Under the pieces are notes generated by a model. It had not been told where the DNA came from, searched no databases, and saw only the letters and a list, made by a program, of their open reading frames with translations. A DNA stretch of 64,000 nucleotides from Alistipes sp. (GTDB taxonomy: Bacteria; Bacteroidota; Bacteroidia; Bacteroidales; Rikenellaceae), in the NCBI GenBank assembly GCA_031285345.1, contig JAITWI010000008.1, positions 36,111-100,110 of the forward strand, in the 5' to 3' direction. Numbering within the stretch: position 1 is the first letter of the stretch; every line of letters begins with the position of its first letter. The translations under genes were made by a program, and so were the position numbers. Positions 26,864 to 37,000 of this stretch are shown piece by piece.

Positions 26864-27505
26864 CTACTCATAGAGGAGATCCGCGGCGGCCGGCCCCTCG
26901 CACATAATGAGGTCGATGATCGACAATCCCGGCACGAACCCGAACCGGTCGGCAAAGACCTGAATATATTCGGCGCTAAAAACGGTCGGAATTCGCGCCC
27001 CGGCTGCCTCGATCGCCCCGGCCGTCTCGCCATCCCTCTGCCGGAGGGCTTTTTTGCCGCGAAGATCGAAGTCGCCAGGCGACGCGACGACGTAGTTTTC
27101 AGATATTTTCACGCGCTCGGCCACTCCCAATATCCCGGCCGCGACGCTCAGTAGTTCGAGATTCAGGTCAACCAAAAGGTCAAACCGGCGCGACTCGAAA
27201 ACGGGCGCGAACCGCTCGGCGTAGTGCTCGAAGTAGGGCGAACCCGCGTACGCCGACACGATGGCGTTCCAATGCCGATGCCGCCACCGCTTCGAGTGGT
27301 CTATCCTCACGTCGCGCGTCGCAATCTTTCCGCCTCCATGCACGGGCACGGCGAGAGCGGCGACCCCTCCGGCGGTGAGAATCTCACAACGGTTCCGTGC
27401 GGTCTGCCTCACATAGTTTTCGCCTATGTCGATCACGCAATCGTCCTGCATAAGCCGCGCGAACCACTCCACACTACCCAAATATGTCAATGGCAGGATT
27501 GTCAT
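26864..27505 (-). CDS. WbqC family protein
   Basis: 213 aa. The pattern LGSVEWFARL...IGENYVRQTARNRCEIL...LAVPV...IDHSKRWRHRHWNAIVSAYAGSPYFEHY matches the WbqC-like family signature as I recall it. Confidence 0.75.
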   Translation of the reverse strand: MTILPLTYLGSVEWFARLMQDDCVIDIGENYVRQTARNRCEILTAGGVAALAVPVHGGGKIATRDVRIDHSKRWRHRHWNAIVSAYAGSPYFEHYAERFAPVFESRRFDLLVDLNLELLSVAAGILGVAERVKISENYVVASPGDFDLRGKKALRQRDGETAGAIEAAGARIPTVFSAEYIQVFADRFGFVPGLSIIDLIMCEGPAAADLLYE

Positions 27506-27512
27506 TCAATTT

Positions 27513-28727
27513 TCAATTCTCGACCCACACCCCGTCGGCCTTCAATAACTCTACAAGTGCGTCTAAAGCCTCGGCCTGAGGAACGCCGCGCCGCACAACC
27601 TCGCGCCCGCGATAGAGCGTGATCATTCCCGGATCGGCCCCCACATATCCGTAGTCGGCGTCGGCCATCTCGCCAGGTCCGTTGACGATGCAGCCCATAA
27701 CGGCGATCTTCAACCCCGGCAGATGACCCACGGCGGCCTTGATCTCGTCCAACACGGGCGATAGGGCGTACAGCGTCCGCCCGCAACCGGGACAGGCTAT
27801 GAATTCGGTTCTCGAACGATCCAACCCGCAAGCCTGCAAAATCGCCCGCGCCACATCAATCTCGTTCTCGGGCGGCTCGGTGAGCGAAACTCGGATGGTG
27901 TCGCCCAGCCCCTCGGTGAGCAGCGCGCCTATGCCGACGGCCGACTTCACGCGCCCTTCAAGTCCGTTTCCGGCCTCGGTAACTCCTAAGTGCAGAGGGA
28001 AATGCATGTCTTCCGCATCCATCGCCGCCACCAATTCGCGATACGCGGCCACCATCACGCGCGTGTTAGACGACTTCATCGACACCACCACCTGCGAGAA
28101 GTCGCGCTCGCGGCAAACCCGCAAAAACTCCATCGCCGAAGCCACCATCCCGGCCGGCGTGTCGCCATATTGCTCGACGATCCGCCGCGCCAGCGACCCG
28201 TGGTTGACCCCTATCCTTATGGCCGTGCCCGTTTCGCGGCATTTGTCCACAAGTTCGGCGAAATTGCCGCCCGCCATTTCGGCGAGCCTCGGCGACTCCG
28301 CCTCTTTTCCATCCGCCGCTCGGTCGATGAAATAGTTACCCGGATTGATGCGCACCTTGTTCACCACCCCCGCAAGTGCCATTGCCACAGCGGGTTGAAA
28401 ATGCACGTCGGCCACCAGTGCTACGTCGGGCCACAGCGAGCGCACCCGCCGGGCGATCTCCGTCATAGACTCCACTTCGCGTATTCCCTGCGTGGTGAGG
28501 CGCACAACGCGGCACCCGGCGTCGCGCAACCGCCCGATCTGCGCCACAGAAGCCTCCACATCATTCGTATCGGTGTCGGTCATCGACTGTACCGCCACGG
28601 GATTCATCGCCGCCGCACTCGGAACCGCGCCCGCCGACGAAACAGCCGCCGCATCCCAACCGCCACCTATCGTCACCGGGCCTATGCGCACCGCCACGGT
28701 CTTTCGCCGTCCTAAAAACGCTCCCAT
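27513..28727 (-). CDS. ispG: 4-hydroxy-3-methylbut-2-en-1-yl diphosphate synthase
   Basis: Motifs VAVQSMTDTDTNDV, VRLT, RINPGN, IRIGVNHGSL, CPGCGRT and VMGCIVNGPGE are present. The ATG at 28727 lies 2 nt downstream of the porin gene stop. Confidence 0.92.
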   Translation of the reverse strand: MGAFLGRRKTVAVRIGPVTIGGGWDAAAVSSAGAVPSAAAMNPVAVQSMTDTDTNDVEASVAQIGRLRDAGCRVVRLTTQGIREVESMTEIARRVRSLWPDVALVADVHFQPAVAMALAGVVNKVRINPGNYFIDRAADGKEAESPRLAEMAGGNFAELVDKCRETGTAIRIGVNHGSLARRIVEQYGDTPAGMVASAMEFLRVCRERDFSQVVVSMKSSNTRVMVAAYRELVAAMDAEDMHFPLHLGVTEAGNGLEGRVKSAVGIGALLTEGLGDTIRVSLTEPPENEIDVARAILQACGLDRSRTEFIACPGCGRTLYALSPVLDEIKAAVGHLPGLKIAVMGCIVNGPGEMADADYGYVGADPGMITLYRGREVVRRGVPQAEALDALVELLKADGVWVEN

Positions 28728-28729
28728 AC

Positions 28730-30604
28730 TCAAAACACCATTTCGATTCCCGCCATCACGTTTGCCCCGCGCCCGCGGTAATAGGGCCACGGATAGAGTT
28801 TGTGTCCCCCCAACCCGGCCAGATTGCGCCCCTCGACGAACACCCAAAAGTCGGACTGCACCCTGAACTCCACCTCCAGCGACACGTCCGCCACTGTGGG
28901 GATCGTCACCCCTTTTAAAAAATGCGATTCCAACGAAGGAGACAAGTAATACGTTTCTGTTCTAAACCTCCTCTTGCCTGTTACCTCGACCCCGGCCTTA
29001 ATCCTAAAAACATCCTTATGCGAATAGGATACCTCCGCTCCCGCGTCGAATTCGGGAAGCCCCGGCAAGACCGACAAACTCCATTCGTAATAGGAGTCGG
29101 AGCCCCACGCATCGTCGGGCAAATCATACGACACATAATCCACTTCCGGTCTGAGCTCATGCGTATAGACGTTGCCGTAGAGGCGCGCCGAGAATCCGCC
29201 CACATTGCGCAGCCCAAACTCCGCCCCCGCGGTATACCGCCGACCCCTCATCGCCACGGGATTGAACGTCATGGGCCTGTATAGGTCGCCATACTCGGGG
29301 CACATGATGTTGTAGTCGCGCAGCAACGACGCACCGCCCGAGAGCCGATAGGTAAACACGCCGCCCACGTCGCCCTCGAAACCCATCAGCGCATCGGTTG
29401 CAAGCCCCGTCGCCCCGTAGGTCGTCACATAGGGATTCGTGCGCGACAAGGCCTCCATACTGCCGTCCACAATCCGCGACGACACCCTTGCGAAAGGCAC
29501 GAACCGCCCGCCGGCCACGTCGTAGCTTAACTCCAAAGCGGGACGCAGCCTCACCCCGTCCTGCCCGTAATATTGATTGTAGACGTAGTAGAGGTCGCCC
29601 CCCACGCGCAGCCTGAGTCCGCCTGTCGACAGGTCGTAGCGCACGGCGACCGATGCCGACGAAAAACGGTTGTCCGCTTCGTTGGTAGTAATGGACGCCG
29701 TATTATCGTAAACTTCCGCGTAGTGTTTGCCCATTCGCCCCCTGAACTCGGCTTCGAGCGCGTGTCCCGTTCTCAACTCCCGACCGAGTCGCAAACTCAA
29801 CTCACCGTCGGCCTGCGAAGGACGATACATGTGGCCGATCCGGTAGTACGACGAATCAAAAACTCGGATATCGTTCCTTCGGGTGTATCCTCCGTCGAGC
29901 CCGACGTGGAAGTTGAGACGCGACAGGTCGGTGAAGTCGTCGCCGAAGCCGACGTTTCCGCCCACTCTGTTCCACGATGCCGTCATCCACTCGAAGCTAC
30001 TATCGTCCGGAACCTCATCCGTACCATACATATCATACCTCCTGTGGGTATACGACACATCGCCCTTGAGTTCGTAGCGAGCCCAACGCCGCGAGCCCCA
30101 CAGCCCCACACCGTTGTACGTCTCCGTCGCGTCGGCCTTGACGCCGAAATCGTTACGCAGCTTCGAGTACGCCCCCCGGTGGTTGACATACAGCCCCAGC
30201 GAACTTCCGGCGGCCATCCGCGGCGTGAAGTAGAGGTCGAGCGTGCTTTGCAGCGGCAACCCCAGCCCCGCCCGAAGGTAGAGCGGCCGCCCCGGATCCC
30301 ACCGCGCCGTCGACACACTTGCCGGCTCGAAAGCCCTGACCTCGAACGACACAGGCCCGGCGACGGGCGTGATTCTATACGTCACCTCGGGCCTGAGCCT
30401 CACCGTGTCCGTCATATTGGGTTCTATGGGCAGCTTTCCGGCCGGCCCGACATTCGGCGTGTACTCCCGAGTCACCTCCAACCGCCTGTCGAGCCCCTCA
30501 GGAGCCTGAGTTTGGGTCTGAGCTTGGACTTGGACTTGAGCCGAACCCCGCGCCGAAATCGTGGCGACCGCCATTAACACCGATGCGACAACTATTATTC
30601 TCAT
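28730..30604 (-). CDS. outer-membrane beta-barrel protein (Bacteroidota putative-porin type)
   Basis: It has a signal peptide ending SARGSAQ, a long run of alternating amphipathic strands, and the C-terminal aromatic GIEMVF. Confidence 0.7.
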   Translation of the reverse strand: MRIIVVASVLMAVATISARGSAQVQVQAQTQTQAPEGLDRRLEVTREYTPNVGPAGKLPIEPNMTDTVRLRPEVTYRITPVAGPVSFEVRAFEPASVSTARWDPGRPLYLRAGLGLPLQSTLDLYFTPRMAAGSSLGLYVNHRGAYSKLRNDFGVKADATETYNGVGLWGSRRWARYELKGDVSYTHRRYDMYGTDEVPDDSSFEWMTASWNRVGGNVGFGDDFTDLSRLNFHVGLDGGYTRRNDIRVFDSSYYRIGHMYRPSQADGELSLRLGRELRTGHALEAEFRGRMGKHYAEVYDNTASITTNEADNRFSSASVAVRYDLSTGGLRLRVGGDLYYVYNQYYGQDGVRLRPALELSYDVAGGRFVPFARVSSRIVDGSMEALSRTNPYVTTYGATGLATDALMGFEGDVGGVFTYRLSGGASLLRDYNIMCPEYGDLYRPMTFNPVAMRGRRYTAGAEFGLRNVGGFSARLYGNVYTHELRPEVDYVSYDLPDDAWGSDSYYEWSLSVLPGLPEFDAGAEVSYSHKDVFRIKAGVEVTGKRRFRTETYYLSPSLESHFLKGVTIPTVADVSLEVEFRVQSDFWVFVEGRNLAGLGGHKLYPWPYYRGRGANVMAGIEMVF

Positions 30605-30627
30605 CTTCGAAATCTTAAACAAGTTTA

Positions 30628-33600
30628 TTACAGGTTGGCGATTTTTTCGCGCGCCTCGTCAATCACTCCGTCGTCCGCGGGCGAGTATCCGTCCACAATG
30701 CTTTGGTAGGTGGCTCGCGCCTGAAACGCGTCGTCCCGACCGGCGTATATGTCGCCCAGCACGAGGAATGCCCTGGCCAGCCACTGCCCGTGCGGGGTTC
30801 CTGCGTCCGAAAACTCGAACACGGCCTCTTCGGCGGCGGCGTAATCCTGCGCCGCGTATAGATATTCGATGACGCGGTAGGTGCTCTCGGCCCCGCGCGG
30901 GGTGCGCACCTCGTCGGCCAGATCGCGGTATATCGCCAGGGCTCTGTTTGCGTTGGCCCCGCCGCCGAACGCTCTGCGACCCTCCTGACGCAATACTCCC
31001 GCGATGGCGAACAGCGCGTTTCGCCGCGTTTCGTCGGGAACGCTCCGCTTTTTGACCACCTCCTCCATCGCCTTTATTCGATCGGCGTCCCCGGTGGCCA
31101 CAGTCGCCGCCACCCATCCGTCGAGGGCGCGCCCGGCGTCGGCGTCCGAAGAGGCCATTGTCGCCAGATCGCTATAAGTGTCGGCCGCCTCGGCGTAACG
31201 TTCGGCCTTGAAGTAGCTATGGGCCAGATATTCCGTCGCCGTGGGAACGTAACGCCCGCCCCCGGCATCCGCTCCCGAAGCGCCATCTGCAGCCTTACCC
31301 GCTCCCGAACCGCCTGCGACCCCGGCGAGATACTTTTCCAGAGCCGCGACGGCCCTCTCGGGGTCTCCGGCGAGATAGACGCTTTCTGCGGCGGCGAACG
31401 ACAGCGAATCCCTCTGCGCGGCACCGGTGTCGGTCGCCACTTCCACCGTCGCGGCGTAATCGAAGTAGCCCTCCACGTCGTTACGGTCGACATATATGCT
31501 CCGGATGCCGTCCATTGCGTCGCGAGCCTCGCGCGACCACGGCGCCCGCTCGACTATCGCTTTGTAATACGCCATCGCCCCCTCGCCGTCGCCCGTGTTG
31601 AGGCGGGCGAGCGCAAGATTCGACAGCGCGGCCAAAGCGAACGTCGACGACGGATATCCGGCCACGAACTCGTCCAACACCTTCGCCCCAGCAGCGTAAT
31701 CTCCGCGCGAGACAAGCGTCCGCCCCAGTTCGTAGGTCGCCGCCTCGACGTAGTCGCCCTCGCCCTTCGCTACGATAGCCCTCAGGCTCTCTATCTTGCG
31801 CTCAGGCCGATCCACCAGTCCCAACATGATAGCCCGCTGATAGGCCGAGTAGTGCTTTTCGGGAGTGATGCCGTGATCCGAAACGCCCACCGCGGCGGCC
31901 CTGTCGTAGTTCTCGATGGCTCGCCAGTAGGCCTTTTCGGCGTGGTCGATGTCGCCCAGACGGTTGAATGCGTCGGCGCGGTAACGATCCTCGAACGAGT
32001 GGCGCTCCACGAAATCGTCGAACCAATCGCGCGCCCCGACCCAGCGACCCGAATTAAAATCTATGTAGCCCAAATCGTAGCGCGCCAGCGAGTTCTCCGT
32101 CTCGGTGGTGGGCGATATCCTCAGATACTCCCTCAGTTTTGTGGCGGCATTATCGTACTCTCCACCGGAATAGAGTATCTCGCCCTGCCAAAACGCCGCC
32201 AGGGCCGTGTACTTCGCGGAGTAACGGTTCTTCAGCGACTCGCGCAGCAGCCCCATCGCCCCCTCCGCGTCGCCCGCCGACCAGAGTTCCAGCGCACGGA
32301 AGTATGTGATCTTTTGCAGCGCGGCCTTCACGTCGTTGTCGGGATCGGGGTGGCGCAGAATCGCCTCGTAGGCCGCCGCGTAGTCGTGCGAGTTGTAGTA
32401 GGCGGCTATCAGATATCCCCTCGCCTCGGTCGTTCGCGACGACGCCGGATAGGTGGCCACGTAGCGGGTGAGTACGTTGACCGCCTCGTTGAACCGCCCG
32501 GCGCCCGTTTCATAGAGCAGTTTGCCGTAGTTGAACAGGGCGTCCTCGGCTATGGCCGCGTCGTGTCCCGAGGCCGAGGCTATGGAGAACGACTGCATCG
32601 CCCTGAGCCTGTTGCCCGTCCGCAGATAGAGGTCGCCAAGGTGATACGACGCGTTTTGCGACAGCGCGTCGTCGGGTCCGGTGGCGAGCGCCAACAACCG
32701 CGCTGCCTCGACAAGATAGGCTTCGGATTCGGCTCTTTCTGCATCGGCCTGGGTTGTGAGCCCTTCGGTTTTTCCTGCCCCGGCTGCTCCCGCTTCGGCT
32801 GCGCGTTCACCGGCTTCTGTTCCGTGTTCTCTCGCCTCCGCCAAACGCCCCAGCGAATACAAGGCAAACCCCATCATGTAGTTCTCCTCGCGCCCGAAGC
32901 TGCTGCCCGATTCGTCGTTCGAGCCGTCATTCGCGTCACTACCGGTTCCGTCGCCGCCCAAGTTATCGGCTTCACCCGAGCCGCTGCCACCACCCGAAGC
33001 GTCGTCCGAGCCGACTAACGCGCGATATTTGTTCAGATTTTCGATCGCTCCGGCCCAATCCTCCGACTCCCACAGACTTTGCGCCGCCATCCTCACTATC
33101 TCGGCGTCGCGTGGCGGAGCGGTCTGCGCCGCCAAAGCGGGGGCGTTTTCGATCACGTAACCATGATCCCTTTCGAGGAGCGCGATTTGCAGCAGATAAT
33201 ATGGCACCAGTATCCGATAGGACGGATGCGAGGCCAGAGCCGTGAACCGCCGCCTGGCCGCCTCCGTGTCGCCGTCCCGATACTCCATATAGGCCAGATA
33301 ATAGTCGGCGTGGGGCGAGTAGTCGCTTCCGCGGGAGACGCGTTCCAGATACTGCCGCGCGCGGGAACCGTCGTCCAGCACCTTTCCGTCGAGCCTCACC
33401 CGCGCGCGATCGCTCTCCCTCGACCGGACGAAATAGGAGTGTCCCAAAATGAAATTATACTCGTCCCGCTCACCCGCCGACAGCCTGCGCGCATCCATTC
33501 CCGCCAACAGCTCCGTAGCCCGGACGTAATCCCCCTCGGAGTGGCTCGCCGCCCCGGCCCGCAGCCTGAGATGCGCCGAATGGGGCGACGCCGGATATTT

Positions 33601-33894
33601 TTCTATCAGCGCCTCAAGCCTTGCCGCCGAACCGGGTTCCTCCAACCGCGCCGCGCACAGAGCCGCCAGCGTCTCGCTCTCGGTCGTTTCGGAGGCGCTC
33701 AAATCCGATGTGAGGGCGTTTTCTAACTCCGCCCTTGCCGCCGCCCACTGCCCCGCATGGTAGAGCCTGCGGGCGGTGGCGAGCGGGTCTTTCGCGATTT
33801 CGGTTTGGGTTCCGGTTTGGATTCCGGTTTGAGCTCCGGTCGGACCGCACACGATCACAGCCGCCGCGATGGAGAAAAAAATGGTTTTTCGCAT
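30628..33894 (-). CDS. large tetratricopeptide-repeat protein (1088 aa), secreted or lipoprotein
   Basis: It has an N-terminal signal sequence and many TPR-like helix pairs rich in A/Y/L/E (for example YRADAFNRLGDIDHAEKAYWRAIENY). Confidence 0.8.
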   Translation of the reverse strand: MRKTIFFSIAAAVIVCGPTGAQTGIQTGTQTEIAKDPLATARRLYHAGQWAAARAELENALTSDLSASETTESETLAALCAARLEEPGSAARLEALIEKYPASPHSAHLRLRAGAASHSEGDYVRATELLAGMDARRLSAGERDEYNFILGHSYFVRSRESDRARVRLDGKVLDDGSRARQYLERVSRGSDYSPHADYYLAYMEYRDGDTEAARRRFTALASHPSYRILVPYYLLQIALLERDHGYVIENAPALAAQTAPPRDAEIVRMAAQSLWESEDWAGAIENLNKYRALVGSDDASGGGSGSGEADNLGGDGTGSDANDGSNDESGSSFGREENYMMGFALYSLGRLAEAREHGTEAGERAAEAGAAGAGKTEGLTTQADAERAESEAYLVEAARLLALATGPDDALSQNASYHLGDLYLRTGNRLRAMQSFSIASASGHDAAIAEDALFNYGKLLYETGAGRFNEAVNVLTRYVATYPASSRTTEARGYLIAAYYNSHDYAAAYEAILRHPDPDNDVKAALQKITYFRALELWSAGDAEGAMGLLRESLKNRYSAKYTALAAFWQGEILYSGGEYDNAATKLREYLRISPTTETENSLARYDLGYIDFNSGRWVGARDWFDDFVERHSFEDRYRADAFNRLGDIDHAEKAYWRAIENYDRAAAVGVSDHGITPEKHYSAYQRAIMLGLVDRPERKIESLRAIVAKGEGDYVEAATYELGRTLVSRGDYAAGAKVLDEFVAGYPSSTFALAALSNLALARLNTGDGEGAMAYYKAIVERAPWSREARDAMDGIRSIYVDRNDVEGYFDYAATVEVATDTGAAQRDSLSFAAAESVYLAGDPERAVAALEKYLAGVAGGSGAGKAADGASGADAGGGRYVPTATEYLAHSYFKAERYAEAADTYSDLATMASSDADAGRALDGWVAATVATGDADRIKAMEEVVKKRSVPDETRRNALFAIAGVLRQEGRRAFGGGANANRALAIYRDLADEVRTPRGAESTYRVIEYLYAAQDYAAAEEAVFEFSDAGTPHGQWLARAFLVLGDIYAGRDDAFQARATYQSIVDGYSPADDGVIDEAREKIANL

Positions 33895-34033
33895 ACCAAA
33901 GGTTTTGACAAAAATAGTGTAAGCCGAGCGGAAATGCAAGCGGTGGCTTGCAATTTTCCGAGGCGCCGCCCATACACGATGAAGATACGAAATTTTTCGA
34001 CGAACACCGAACCTCCGCCGACAAGGAGGGGTT

Positions 34034-37000
34034 TCATCGTGCCCATTCGCGCATCAGCGGATTGACGGTGGGCAGGGGCTTTTCGCCGACGCTCTCACCG
34101 ACCCCTATTTCAACATCCTCCATCAACACGCCCGACGGATGGATCATCGAGGCGGGCACCCTGCCGGCCAGATAGTTGCGCGCCGTTCTTTCGCTCGATA
34201 CTCCCGCCACGCGCCTCAATGCGCCGAGCGTCGGTATGACCACCCGGGCACCCCTCACAAGGGTTTGCTCGCCGGTCGACACCTCGATTCGCCACACCCG
34301 GTCGACCATGCCCGCGGCCCGCTCGACGACGTAAGCATGGTCGAGCCCGTCCTCCGAAGCGAGGCGCAGCAGGTCGGCCCGAAGCCCCTCCATGGTAGTG
34401 CCCCCTTTGGTGCGGATTTCGAGCGTTCCGGGCGCTATGTAGGGTTGCATATCGACGCTGAAGCGGTTGCTGCCGGTCGAGGCGGAGTGGCCCGGGGTGG
34501 GTATCCGCCCGCCCAACAGAAGGCGCAGCATTCCATCCTCCACGAGCATCGTCGAGTCGGGCGGCATCACCCCGTCGGCGTCTATCCGGTAATAACCCAT
34601 CAGGGGGATTCCCGCAGCGTCAGGGAAGTTTCGGGTACTCGTGCTGTTCGTGGCGCTGTCGGGGTCGCACCATCGGCGCATTGAGGAGTGGTTGACGATC
34701 GACAGCCGGCGATCCAAGACCCTTTTGCCGAGGCGCACTTCGAGCCTGCGCGGCGAGGGAGGCGATGTTTGGGTTTCGGGTCTGCGTTTGGCCAAAAGAG
34801 CGCTGCCGTCGCCCGCAAGCAGGTTACCGTCGAAGAGTTCGAACGCCCCCCGGTCGACGAAAAGCACCGGGCCTATGTAGAAGTCGTCGATAGCCGGGGC
34901 TGCGGCCCACGCTTCGAGCTCTCGCGCAAAGTCGCCTACCCACGCTTCGAGCTCCTTCTCGACGGAATCGGTTATCACGCAGGGGGGCTCTTGGGGGTTC
35001 GAAGATTGGTTCGGGGCGGGCGTAGATGGGTCGCATGGGATGAAAAATTCGCGGCCGTCGGAGAATTCGCCGCCTTCGGGGGTGCGCACCGAGGCAGATA
35101 CCGAGATGGCGACGAACCGCATCGACTGTTCCGTGGCGGTCTCTTCAAACGAGGCGGGTGCGACGGCGGTGGTTTCAAACCCTGCGGACTGTTTCATGGC
35201 GGTGGTTTCGAACCCCGCCTCCGCGCCCCCCGACCCCATCGTGTCGGCCATTCCGGTTCTCTCGGCCGAGAGGGTGCGGTCGGTCCGGTCATAGACCGTT
35301 ACCCCCACCTGCGAGCCGTAGAGAGAGGGGAAGTCTGTCAATATGGCGGAAAGATGTCTCGCCACCTCCTCCAAGCGCTCTTCCTCTCGTTCCTGCTCCC
35401 GGTCTTGTTCCGTCGCATGTTCAGTCGCCCGATCGGATGCCGGCGGAATTATGGGCATCGGCGTCAGGTCGGGCAGGGTCTCCTCTTCGGGCGTGCGAAC
35501 CGTCTGGCGGCGGATGGCGAGTTTGCGGGCAAGGTCGGCGGCGGCTCTCTTGTAGGCGTGGTCTACGGAGAGCCACACCTCGCGGCGGATCTGGTCGCGG
35601 TCGGTTTCGATGGCCGCCGGCCGCAGGTTGTAGGCTCCGCCGTACGACATGTCGCTGGTGACGCGGCCGTCGCCCAATAGTACGCGCGTGCCGATAGTCC
35701 GTGTCGGTTCGAGGCGCGAGTAGGTCACTTTGCCGAGCGTTGCCCGGACGGATATCGCGCGCAGATCGCTGTAAAGCAGGCTAATATGGAACGGCGAGGA
35801 TTCGGCGATGGCTCGGGCGGCTACTACGGGTACTTCGTTCCCGTCGGTTTCGACCGCGTCGTGACGGGAGGGCCGCAACCGCACCATGTTGCGGGCGAGT
35901 TCCGAGCGCATGGCCGCGAAAATCGTCGCGTCGTCGTCGGCTTCACGGTCATCGGTGCAGCTACGCGCATCGGCAACTTCGAGCCCGTCGAGGCTCTGAT
36001 GGTCGCCGAGGCCACGTTGAGCAATTGTCGTTTCTGGCTCGCCGAGGCCGGACGCTTCGTCGGTGTCGGGCGCAACGTCGGGTCGCGGAAGCAGAGGCGG
36101 AGTTTCGGCGGTTTTGGCTTTGCGTTGAACCTCCACCTCTCCCACCAACAAGGCGGGCGAGACGGCCGTCACCGCAACCGCACCCGACTCGGCGCCGCAC
36201 ACGCCCGTGAATATTCCGATCCCGCCGAACGTCGCCCTGTCGAACTTGTCTCCGTCCCCGCGCCTGTCCTCGTCCCCATCTCCGCCGGCAGCGATTATGC
36301 CCGCGAACATCGACAGGGGCGTGCCTATCAGGTCGACCCCGCGGACAAGTTCGTCGGGTCGCCCATCCACATATATCTTGTATACCTCCAGCGGGGTGAC
36401 GTTGAACGAGCCTGCGGTGTAGCGTCCGGTTTGGGTGAATCCGCCCGTCACCTTCTTGAAAAAGAGGCCGAACTCTTTTCCCCGTGCCTTCGCTTCGCGG
36501 ACGAGGGCTTTGCGAAGCTGCTCGTCCGAAAGTGGCCGCGAACTTTCGACCACCAGGTTGGATTGGCGCGAGACGGGAGTGCGGTCGGCGGCGGCGCGGG
36601 CGTGGCCGTTCGACGAGGCGAAGGCGTCGATGGGGGTGCGCGTCATAAGGAACTCCTTCAGGACGCCATCCTCGACGATGTCGACGCGGCGGGCACGAAC
36701 ACCTTGATCGTCATACAGATAGTGGCCGTGGAGGTCTTCCGCCCCGTAGGAGCGCAGGGTAGGGTCGTCGTACACCCCGAATCCTCGCGGCAGAACCTGC
36801 TGTCCCACCATCTTTTTGAAGGTTTGACCGTCGGCGTCGCTCTTCATGCGCTGTCCCTCGACCCGGTGGCCGAATATCTCGTGGAAGAACACGCCCGCCG
36901 CCTCGCCCGACAGGATCGCAGGGCCGGTGTAGGGGTCGACCACAGGTGCCGAGGCCATCGCGGTGAGCGTTTCGACCATACGCCGCACTTCGGTTAGCAC

